Of a DNA stretch of 64,000 bases, positions 57,291 to 64,000 are shown piece after piece. The notes under the pieces were generated by a model. The model was not told the origin of the DNA, ran no database searches, and saw nothing but the letters and a program-made list of their open reading frames with translations. The translations under genes and the position numbers were made by a program. The DNA lies in assembly GCA_937948815.1 (NCBI GenBank), contig CALFAM010000058.1, positions 2,174-66,173 on the forward strand, given 5' to 3'. This DNA comes from an uncultured bacterium (lineage in GTDB: Bacteria; Acidobacteriota; Thermoanaerobaculia; Multivoradales; J023). The first letter of the stretch is position 1. Each line of letters begins with the position of its first letter.

Positions 57291-60011
57291 CTAGCCTTCC
57301 CCCGCATCCCAATCTTCGAGCCGTCGGGCAAAAGGCTCCGATCGTTCGGGGGTGCCCATGGCCTCGTGGAGCGTGCGCAGTAGCGCCAGGCAGCTCGCGG
57401 CATCGCGTTGCCAGCCCGCAGCCATGGCGCGGTCGAAGCCAGCGTGGAGCAGTGGCTCGGCAGCGTCGAAGTCGCCGAGCGCGGTGAGGGCGCGGCCGAG
57501 TGCCAGATCGGCGAGCAAGACGAACCGATGCTCGGCACCGATCCGGTTGCGCCAGTGCGCGAGGCTCTGCTGAAGGTCCTCGCGGGCCACGCTCGGCGTG
57601 CCCGCCGCAATCCGAGATTGGGCGATCTGGATTTCCAGGAAGAACAGGCGCGGATGATCTGGCCCGGCCTGGCGCTCGAAGACGTCGGCGGCTTGGCCGA
57701 ACACTTCGATGGCTTCCGCATGTTCGCCGCGTGCGACATGGATGCCAGCGAGGTTGTTGAGTGTGATGGCGAGGGTCGGATGCGTTTCACCAAGCGCCGT
57801 CTGCTGAATGGTCAAGGCTTGCTCGAAGGCATCGCGTGCGCCGGTGAGGTCACCCGCGCGCCGGCGCGCCGAACCCAGATTGCTCAGCGGATTGACCAAC
57901 CTCGGATGATCGTCGCCGAAGCGCAGGGCGAGTAGCTCGGCACCCTGTTGGAAGAGCACTGCCGCGTGGGTCGGCTCGTCTTTCCGCAAGGCCACCATGG
58001 CGCGGTTGATCAGTGCTGTTGGCAGGCCCTCGCGGTTCGATGCGCTGCGTGCCAGCGCGAGCGCTTCCTCGGCCAGAGGGAGTGCGGCTTCGTAGTCCTG
58101 GGCGGCACAAAGAACCGTCACCTGGTCGTTGAGGATGGCGACATCGGCCGCCGGTACGGAACCGCGCGCACCGCGGCTTGTTTCGACCGCCTGCGTGGTG
58201 AGCGCGCGCGCCGTGTCGACCTCACCGAGGTTGGCGAGGACCAGCGCGAGGCGGCTCTGGGTGCGCGCGACCGATGGGTCGCGGTCGCCGAACAGGCTCT
58301 TGCGAAGCGACAAGGCGGCTTCGAGATCCACCCGCGCGCGCGGCCAGAGGCCGAGGTTGTGGTAAATCGTGCCGGTCGTGTGAAGGAGCTCGGCGCGTAG
58401 CGCGGGCTGGTCGGCGAGCAGTCGGCGCAGCTTGGGCGCGCTCGAATCGAGCGCTTCGCGGATCGAGTAGGTCTCGCCCAGCGAGACGTTGGGGTCGGCA
58501 ACCTGCAAGACCTCGAGCAGAAGCGCGAGTACCGTGTCGCGCTGACTCCGCTCGCGCTGGGCATTGTCACGCTCGCGCAGCACCTGGGCGTGCTTCTGCG
58601 CCAGGACGCCCGCGCCGACGGCCAGCGCCAGTGCCAGGCTGATGGTGACCGCGGCCGCCGTGCGGCGACGACGAACGAGCTTGCCGATGCGGTAGTACCA
58701 CGTGCCCTTCCGTGCGCCGACCGGAAGGTTCTTGGCAAACCGCTCGAGGTCGTCGGCAAACCGTTCCGCGGAGGCGTAGCGCCGCTGCGGCGCACTGCGC
58801 AGGGCCTTCATGATGATGGCGTCCAGATCGCCCCGCAGACGCCGCTGAAGCTCGTGCGGCTCGAGCATTCGGTTGCGTGCGATGTCCGAAGAGGCCGGGT
58901 CGGAAGAGGCCGACCCGGCAGAAGTTGGGGCCGTCGTTTCCGCGTCGGCGCGCGCGGCCACGACGACCGTGCTCGGTCTCGGCGGGTCGCGTTCGGTCAG
59001 TGTCCGCTCGATCTCGCCCGGTGTTGCGCGGGCGAAGTCGAAGGGCAGTCGGCCGGCGAGCAACTCGTAGAGCAAAACGCCGAGGCTGTAGATGTCGCTG
59101 GCCGTGCCAACCAGCTTGCCGCACACCTGCTCGGGGCTCGCATAGTGAGGGGTCATCAGGCGAAGCCAGGTGGCGGTCGCGTGAACGTCATCCGCCGACA
59201 GGTCCGGATTGAGGAGCTTGGCAATCCCGAAGTCGAGCAGATGGGGCTCGCCATCCGCCGCGACCAAGATGTTGGATGGCTTGAGGTCACGGTGAACGAC
59301 GAGGTTTTGGTGTGCGTACTGCACGGCGCCGAGCACCTTGCGGAAAAGCGCCGACCGCTCGTCGACGGAGAGCTGGTAGCGATCCGCAAAGGTGGTGATC
59401 GGCAGCCCTTCGACGTACTCCATGACGAAGTAGGGCCGGCCGTCCTCGGTCGTTCCGCCGTCGAACAGGCGGGCAATGTTGGGGTGGGCCAGGCTGGCCA
59501 GGATGTGGCGCTCGGTGCGCAGCCGCCGCTCCAGGTCGGCGTCGCGGAGATCCGCCCGCACCAGCTTGACCACCACCCGGCGTTTGAAGGTGTCGTCGTC
59601 GCGAATCGCCAGAAACACCGTGCTCATGCCGCCCTGGCCCAGCGGGCGCAGCACGCGGTAGGCGCCGATGTGGTCGCCAATGCGCGGCTCGCCACGACGG
59701 CTGGCATGCTGGCGGTCGCCGGCTGGGTCTGTGTCGACAGGTTCTGCGTTGGTCGGGTCGGCGTCGGCGTCAGTCGAGGGGATCATCGCCGATGCCGCCG
59801 AGCCCGCAGCGCGCCGGACGAGCGGCGCTTCCATGAAGGTGCCCGCCCGCGCCTCGGACACCAGCAGCTCCTCGAGCGATCGGCCCAAGGCCGGCTCGTC
59901 CGCGCAGACCCGCGCGACAAAGGCGCCGCGCTCGGCAGCCGGCTTCTCGATGGCCTGGTCGAAGAGGTCGGAGAGCCGATTCCAGCCTTCGATTTCGTCG
60001 TCGGCCCTCAT
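57291..60011 (-). CDS. Receptor Ser/Thr protein kinase: N-terminal helical region, Hanks kinase domain, one TM, extracytoplasmic TPR repeats
   Basis: GQGGMSTVF, VVVKLV, HRDLKPSNIL, DFGIA and YASPE motifs. TM AAAVTISLALALAVGAGVLA. About 440 aa of TPR follows (NLGLW..., NLGEV..., NNLAGIH...). ATG 60011 overlaps the stop of the upstream ECF sigma gene (ATGA). Confidence 0.9.
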   Translation of the reverse strand: MRADDEIEGWNRLSDLFDQAIEKPAAERGAFVARVCADEPALGRSLEELLVSEARAGTFMEAPLVRRAAGSAASAMIPSTDADADPTNAEPVDTDPAGDRQHASRRGEPRIGDHIGAYRVLRPLGQGGMSTVFLAIRDDDTFKRRVVVKLVRADLRDADLERRLRTERHILASLAHPNIARLFDGGTTEDGRPYFVMEYVEGLPITTFADRYQLSVDERSALFRKVLGAVQYAHQNLVVHRDLKPSNILVAADGEPHLLDFGIAKLLNPDLSADDVHATATWLRLMTPHYASPEQVCGKLVGTASDIYSLGVLLYELLAGRLPFDFARATPGEIERTLTERDPPRPSTVVVAARADAETTAPTSAGSASSDPASSDIARNRMLEPHELQRRLRGDLDAIIMKALRSAPQRRYASAERFADDLERFAKNLPVGARKGTWYYRIGKLVRRRRTAAAVTISLALALAVGAGVLAQKHAQVLRERDNAQRERSQRDTVLALLLEVLQVADPNVSLGETYSIREALDSSAPKLRRLLADQPALRAELLHTTGTIYHNLGLWPRARVDLEAALSLRKSLFGDRDPSVARTQSRLALVLANLGEVDTARALTTQAVETSRGARGSVPAADVAILNDQVTVLCAAQDYEAALPLAEEALALARSASNREGLPTALINRAMVALRKDEPTHAAVLFQQGAELLALRFGDDHPRLVNPLSNLGSARRRAGDLTGARDAFEQALTIQQTALGETHPTLAITLNNLAGIHVARGEHAEAIEVFGQAADVFERQAGPDHPRLFFLEIQIAQSRIAAGTPSVAREDLQQSLAHWRNRIGAEHRFVLLADLALGRALTALGDFDAAEPLLHAGFDRAMAAGWQRDAASCLALLRTLHEAMGTPERSEPFARRLEDWDAGEG

Positions 60012-60622
60012 CCGAGACGCTCCGCGACGGCTCTGCGCGGATCCACGGGCTGACTGAGCTGTCGAAAGAGCCAGGCCCGTGCCATGCGCCAACGCCGGGT
60101 CACTGTCGCGCTGGAGATGCCGAGCACGGCGGCGATCTCTTCGCGATCGAGACCACCGAAGTAGCGGAGCTCGACGATGCGCGCCTGTTGCGAGTTGCGG
60201 TCGGCAAGGCGCTCGAGCGCTTGATCGAGCGCCAAGAGGTCGGGATCGCGCGCCTTGTCGGAGAGCCTGTCCTCGAACAGTGGAAGGTTCTCTCCGCCCT
60301 CTCCGCGCTTCGATGCGCGTTGCTTGCGGGCGTGGTCGATCAGGATGCGACGCATCAGCCGCGCACAGAGGGCGAAGAAATGCGCGCGATCGTTCCAACC
60401 CACCTTGTCGATCTCGACCATGCGCAGGAAGGCCTCGTGCACCAGTGCCGAGGACGCCAAGGTGTGGTTGGTGCGCTCGCTGCGCAGGATCCCCCCGGCC
60501 AGGGCGCAGAGCTGATCGTAGACCAGCGGGACCAACACATCGCGTGCCTGCTCGTCGCCATGGCTCCAGGCGATCAGCAGACCCGTGATCGGCGCATCGA
60601 GCGGCGGCTGGGCGTCGATCAC
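60008..60622 (-). CDS. ECF sigma factor of the kinase-associated (TIGR02999 / ECF43-like) type
   Basis: ITGLLIAWSHGDEQARDVLVPLVYDQLCALAG, ALVHEAFLRMV, DRAHFFALCARLMRRILIDHAR, and VELRYFGGLDREEIAAVLGISSATVTRRWRMARAWL. The start is most likely GTG 60622. The frame stays open to ATG 60826, but that would overlap the upstream small ORF. Confidence 0.8.
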   Translation of the reverse strand: MIDAQPPLDAPITGLLIAWSHGDEQARDVLVPLVYDQLCALAGGILRSERTNHTLASSALVHEAFLRMVEIDKVGWNDRAHFFALCARLMRRILIDHARKQRASKRGEGGENLPLFEDRLSDKARDPDLLALDQALERLADRNSQQARIVELRYFGGLDREEIAAVLGISSATVTRRWRMARAWLFRQLSQPVDPRRAVAERLG

Positions 60623-60626
60623 TTCG

Positions 60627-60899
60627 TTACATGGGCTTGGTGCAAGCCATGCCGGTGAGCTCGCAGCAATACTGGCCGGTCGGGGCAACGATGCCGCCGT
60701 GGTAGACCTCGCACCATTCCACACAGGTATGGCCTGCACCGTACTGCTGTACGCATTGCGCGTCGTGGCTGACCGAAGCCCCTGTACGCTGCCATTCGAA
60801 GTGGGACGTCTCGACCCATTCGCCATTCGAGCTCGGGGCCAGCAGGATGAGCAGCGCGATGATCGTGACGGCGGCCAATGCCAATGTAAGTCGCGTCAT
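60627..60899 (-). CDS. Small secreted Cys-rich protein (90 aa, 6 Cys in the mature part)
   Basis: AAGGAGAG Shine-Dalgarno about 7 nt before ATG 60899. Signal peptide MTRLTLALAAVTIIALLILLAP. GC3 is roughly 78% by hand count. The TAA stop lies 4 nt before the sigma-factor GTG. Confidence 0.55.
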   Translation of the reverse strand: MTRLTLALAAVTIIALLILLAPSSNGEWVETSHFEWQRTGASVSHDAQCVQQYGAGHTCVEWCEVYHGGIVAPTGQYCCELTGMACTKPM

Positions 60900-60951
60900 G
60901 GGTTTTCTCTCCTTGGGAATTGAATTGTAGCGTGGGGAAAAGTGGCACCGC

Positions 60952-60981
60952 CGCGCCCGACGACCGAGGTGATCGGGCGCG
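60952..60981 (-). terminator. GC-rich hairpin between the two small-protein genes (possible terminator)
   Basis: CGCGCCCGA-(12-nt loop)-TCGGGCGCG. On the minus strand a short T4 run follows about 10 nt downstream, so its function as a terminator is uncertain. Confidence 0.35.
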
Positions 60982-60992
60982 ACGCCGGAGAT

Positions 60993-61334
60993 CTAGAAGG
61001 CGCCTGTGCAGCCAATGAATCGGGTCGTGCTGCCGGTGCTGCCGTTCGGCGCCGTGACGGTCACCGTGACGGCGCCGCCGTTTGGTCCCCAGCAACCGAT
61101 GGCCTGAAATGCCGACGAGCTCGGCGGGCTCGCGAACAGCTGGCCGGTGAGGTTCCACCGATAGGTGAAGCCACTTCCGAACGGATAGGCCTCGCAGAAG
61201 GCGCCGTTGAAAGCCGGCTCGCAGACCATCGATACAGAGAGACTTCCGGCTGCGGCGGACTCTTGCGCCGGCACCAGGGCGAGCGCGCCGATTGCGGCGA
61301 GCGCGAAGAGCGAGACAACGATTCGTTTGTGCAT
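60993..61334 (-). CDS. Small secreted protein (113 aa, 4 Cys)
   Basis: GGGAGAAG Shine-Dalgarno before ATG 61334. Signal peptide MHKRIVVSLFALAAIGALALVPAQE. The mature part is rich in G/S/T/A/F, with the IGC motif occurring twice and a C-terminal Phe. Confidence 0.55.
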   Translation of the reverse strand: MHKRIVVSLFALAAIGALALVPAQESAAAGSLSVSMVCEPAFNGAFCEAYPFGSGFTYRWNLTGQLFASPPSSSAFQAIGCWGPNGGAVTVTVTAPNGSTGSTTRFIGCTGAF

Positions 61335-61494
61335 GAGAGCTTCTCCCGTGTGGATGCACGATCCACATCATCGCGGTCGTGCTCCACCTCCGCTCGTCTG
61401 TAGCGCAGGAATCACGAATCGTGGATCAACTTTTTTGCGCGCCCGGTACACAAGTGCCCGAGTCAGGCGCACACCGGGCTCATGCGCGCCCGTC

Positions 61495-62685
61495 CTACGC
61501 GCGCGAGATGCGGCGGACCAGCCACTCGAGCGGTCCTTGGGCGAAGCGATGCCGCCACAGGGTCGAGAAGACCACTGCCAGGAGGCAAAACGTGGCTGCC
61601 GCCAGCAGGGTCGGCCCAGCGGGCTGGTTCTCCAGCCGGCCGAGGGACTCGAGGACACCCATGCCGATGATCACGTGGGCGACGTAGAGGGTCAGGGCGA
61701 GCTGGCCCGTGGCGATCAACGGCTTCAACACGGGGGCTCCCGGGAAGCGTTCGGTCAGGCTGACGCAGGCTGCGATCACGGCGCAAGCAACGCCGCCACC
61801 AGCCAGGATGTAGAGCGGCATGGGTGGCATCGGCGCGGTGCCGAGCAAGGCGACGATCACCTCTCGCTCCTCCGCGCTGGCGCCGACCGTGAAGCTCCGG
61901 ATCAGGATGTGCGAAACGATCTCTGCCACAGCGGCGACCGCGACGCCCGAAAGGAAGACGAGCCGCCGCCGCTGCGGGTTGCGGAGATCCTGTCGCCCAA
62001 CGATCAGACCGAGCAGCAGGAACGCTGTCCACGGGATGGCCGGGTGAAAGCCGTTGAAGAAGAGGTGGCGGACCATGCCCGGCGCGGTCCAGAGATCCAG
62101 ATAGGCGAGGGTGTCGAAGTTCCAGCCGCGTTCGTAGTCGAACGCCAGGATCAAGACGACGAATCCCGCCGTGAAGGCCGCTGCGGCTGCCCAGAGGGTC
62201 CGGCTCGATGCGGCCAGCAAGCAGGCGCCGACGGCAATGAAGACACCGTAGAAGTGCAGGATGTCGGCGGGCCAGATCGGTGTGTAGAGAAGGCCAACCA
62301 CGAACAAGAGCGCTGCCCGTTTGAACAGGCTGATCCGGCACCGCCGAAGACTTTCGAGATCGTGGCTGAGACGTGGCCGATTCGACATCAGGGCGAGCCC
62401 GACCCCGGCCAGCACCACGAAGGTTGCTGCGGCCCGTCCTTCGAGCAAGCCAGCAGCCGAGAGGAGGGGGTGGGTCTCGCTCGGGCTCGCGCCCATCATC
62501 GCGATCTTGAAGTTGACCACCACCATGCCGAAAACGGCGAGAGCCCGGGCGAGGTCGAACCCCTCGATTCGGCCGGCCCTGGAGCCGAGGTGGTTGGCGC
62601 GAGGGCTCTGGCCTCGATCGGTTGGTTCGGCCGTCGCGATGCTCATGGCGCCGCGATGCTCATGGCGCGGCGATGCCGAGCTCAC
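61495..62685 (-). CDS. DUF418/DUF1624 (YeiB-like, heparan-alpha-glucosaminide N-acetyltransferase-like) membrane protein
   Basis: RIEGFDLARALAVFGMVVVNF near the N-terminus, followed by about 10 TM segments. The start is either GTG 62685 or ATG 62646. Confidence 0.75.
   Translation of the reverse strand: MSSASPRHEHRGAMSIATAEPTDRGQSPRANHLGSRAGRIEGFDLARALAVFGMVVVNFKIAMMGASPSETHPLLSAAGLLEGRAAATFVVLAGVGLALMSNRPRLSHDLESLRRCRISLFKRAALLFVVGLLYTPIWPADILHFYGVFIAVGACLLAASSRTLWAAAAAFTAGFVVLILAFDYERGWNFDTLAYLDLWTAPGMVRHLFFNGFHPAIPWTAFLLLGLIVGRQDLRNPQRRRLVFLSGVAVAAVAEIVSHILIRSFTVGASAEEREVIVALLGTAPMPPMPLYILAGGGVACAVIAACVSLTERFPGAPVLKPLIATGQLALTLYVAHVIIGMGVLESLGRLENQPAGPTLLAAATFCLLAVVFSTLWRHRFAQGPLEWLVRRISRA
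62635..62668. repeat. Perfect 2 x 17-bp tandem duplication at the yjbR / DUF418 gene junction
   Basis: CGCGATGCTCATGGCGC occurs twice back to back (62635-62651 and 62652-62668). Confidence 0.95.
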
Positions 62686-63022
62686 GCTGACGCTTCTTCG
62701 AAAGCTTGGCCGCGACCATCCGGTGGGCGTCGCGCAAGAGGTCGTGCGTCATGTCGGGAGGCAGCCGATCGTGGCGGTCGATCTGGATCCACATGTGTCG
62801 TGCCAGGTAGGGCGCCGGGCGAATCCCCGGTTGTTGGACGAGCAGCTCGAACGTCTCGGAGTCCGTCTTCATGCTGAACGGCTCCCCTTCCGGCAGGTCA
62901 AAGACGGCGAACATCTTCTCGCCGACCGAAAAGACCAGGTTGTCGCCCCACTTGAGATCTTCGGTAACGCCGGTCAGCGAGCGGCAGAACGTGAAGGCCG
63001 GATGCTGGGAAGGTGCGCTCAT
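62660..63022 (-). CDS. MmcQ/YjbR-family protein
   Basis: TEDLKWGDNLVFSVGEKMFAVFDL ... PAPYLARHMWIQI pattern of the YjbR family. Its ATG overlaps the metX stop (ATGA). Confidence 0.8.
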   Translation of the reverse strand: MSAPSQHPAFTFCRSLTGVTEDLKWGDNLVFSVGEKMFAVFDLPEGEPFSMKTDSETFELLVQQPGIRPAPYLARHMWIQIDRHDRLPPDMTHDLLRDAHRMVAAKLSKKRQRELGIAAP

Positions 63023-64000
63023 CGTTCGATGAAGCTGCCGACCAGCTCTCGCATACGCCGACGCTCGCTGCGGGCCAGGAAGGCGTCGTGACCCACCGGG
63101 CTCGAGATCACCAACAAATCGGCATCGATATCAGCGGCGACCAGCAGGCGATAAAGGTGCTCTTGCTCCTCGACGCCGATCAACCGGTCCTCCTTGACCG
63201 CGACGATGCGGAACGCGGTCTCTTGATCTCCGTGACGGGCAAGGGCGCTGTCCGGGCTCTTGAAGCCTCGCCAGATGTCGTGCAGGTCCATGGCCAACGA
63301 CAGCGTCAGATAGCTGTTGGCGTCGAACATGCTCACGGCCTTGCGGCCCTGGTGATCGAGATAGGACTGGACTTCGAAGGTGATGCCGTGGGTCGTCGGT
63401 GGCGCGATCGGCTCGTGGGTGAAGCGCTCGTTGAACTCGTCCGGCGAGCGGTAGTAGAGCGTGCCGATCTCGCGCGCCAGGCGCATCCCCCCCGCCGGCT
63501 CCTCGCCAACCTCGTAGTCGCCGTTGCAGTACTTGGGGTCGAGCACGATCGCCTGACGACCGAGGTGCCGGATGGCTGCCGTGTAGGGGCGGGTGTAGTC
63601 CGTCCCGGAGATCGAGAAAACACGCTCCACGCGCTCCGGATGCCGAACGCCCAACTCGAGGGTCTCCATGCCGCCGAGCGAGCCTCCGACCGCCGCGTGC
63701 AGGCGCTGGATGCCCAGGTGATCGAGCAGCCGTAAGTGGACCTCGACGATGTCCCGCACGGTGACGACCGGAAACCGACCGCGGTAGGGCGTGCCGGTTT
63801 CCGGGTCGATGGCGGTCGGACCGGAGGTCCCGAACGAGCCGCCGAGCAGCGAAGGGCAAACGATAAAGAAGCGATCCGAATCGAGGGCGCGGCCAGGCCC
63901 GATCATGCCCTCCCACCAGCCCGGGGTCGGATCCTCGGGGCTCGACTGCGCGTGCGCGTGGGCGGAGAATGCCGCACAGAGAAGCACGGCATTGGTGCCC
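63019..64000 (-). CDS. metX: Homoserine O-acetyltransferase (N-terminus beyond the window edge)
   Basis: GWWEGMIGPGRALDSDRFFIVCPSLLGGSFGTSGP, HAAVGGSLGGMETLE (nucleophile elbow), and ISSPVGHDAFL. The frame is open to base 64000. Confidence 0.9.
   Translation of the reverse strand, partial: GTNAVLLCAAFSAHAHAQSSPEDPTPGWWEGMIGPGRALDSDRFFIVCPSLLGGSFGTSGPTAIDPETGTPYRGRFPVVTVRDIVEVHLRLLDHLGIQRLHAAVGGSLGGMETLELGVRHPERVERVFSISGTDYTRPYTAAIRHLGRQAIVLDPKYCNGDYEVGEEPAGGMRLAREIGTLYYRSPDEFNERFTHEPIAPPTTHGITFEVQSYLDHQGRKAVSMFDANSYLTLSLAMDLHDIWRGFKSPDSALARHGDQETAFRIVAVKEDRLIGVEEQEHLYRLLVAADIDADLLVISSPVGHDAFLARSERRRMRELVGSFIER

Noticed and set aside
61408-61436. A plus-strand hairpin followed by T6 (GGAATCACGA-A-TCGTGGATC...TTTTTT) that looks like an intrinsic terminator.
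   Set aside because: No plus-strand gene or obvious sRNA promoter lies upstream, because both flanking genes are on the minus strand, and the stem is imperfect. It may be part of the operator-like repeats noted at 61349-61427 rather than a terminator.

Overview
This is a high-GC, densely coding chromosomal segment with about 50 genes. It has no rRNA, no CRISPR array, and no transposase or integrase. It comes from a diderm bacterium, because an OprO/P-like porin, a LolA-like carrier and several outer-membrane beta-barrel candidates are present. The ECF-sigma/Ser-Thr-kinase pairing and the general gene content resemble Acidobacteriota-like lineages, but I cannot establish the lineage without a search.

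Gene order, left to right:
- gyrA 3' end, transaldolase, CPBP protease, M20 peptidase, CYTH protein and an NDP-sugar pyrophosphorylase.
- A minus-strand block: COG1579 zinc-ribbon protein, yggS, divIVA, then a small protein coupled to an AbiEii-like nucleotidyltransferase.
- tRNA(CAT), then a GAF protein with a very long acidic linker, then a lipoprotein.
- The macromolecular-synthesis operon rpsU-(mutS2)-dnaG-rpoD.
- A complete Pho island: phoR-phoB-phoU and an OprO/P-like porin on the minus strand, diverging from pstSCAB with giant PstC and PstA.
- A cell-envelope glycosylation locus: GT4, PAP2 phosphatase, Atg22-like MFS, four GT-C-fold membrane glycosyltransferases, and a UbiA-family decaprenyl-phosphate phosphoribosyltransferase homologue.
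- An ArsR/SRPBCC pair whose palindromic operator recurs upstream of an RND(MMPL-type)/LolA-like/outer-membrane-barrel exporter.
- A carbamoyltransferase translationally coupled to a large SGNH-like protein, then an LpxR-like outer-membrane protein.
- An ECF sigma with a soluble ZAS-type anti-sigma.
- A second ECF sigma coupled to a TPR receptor Ser/Thr kinase, preceded by two small secreted Cys-containing proteins.
- metX-yjbR-DUF418 at the right edge.

The most interesting candidates are the non-actinobacterial polyprenyl-phospho-pentose/GT-C locus, the adaptor-less RND/LolA-like/OMP exporter with a shared ArsR operator, and the small-secreted-protein/ECF-sigma/kinase module.

All family calls come from reading motifs by eye in the supplied translations. 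No database search was possible.
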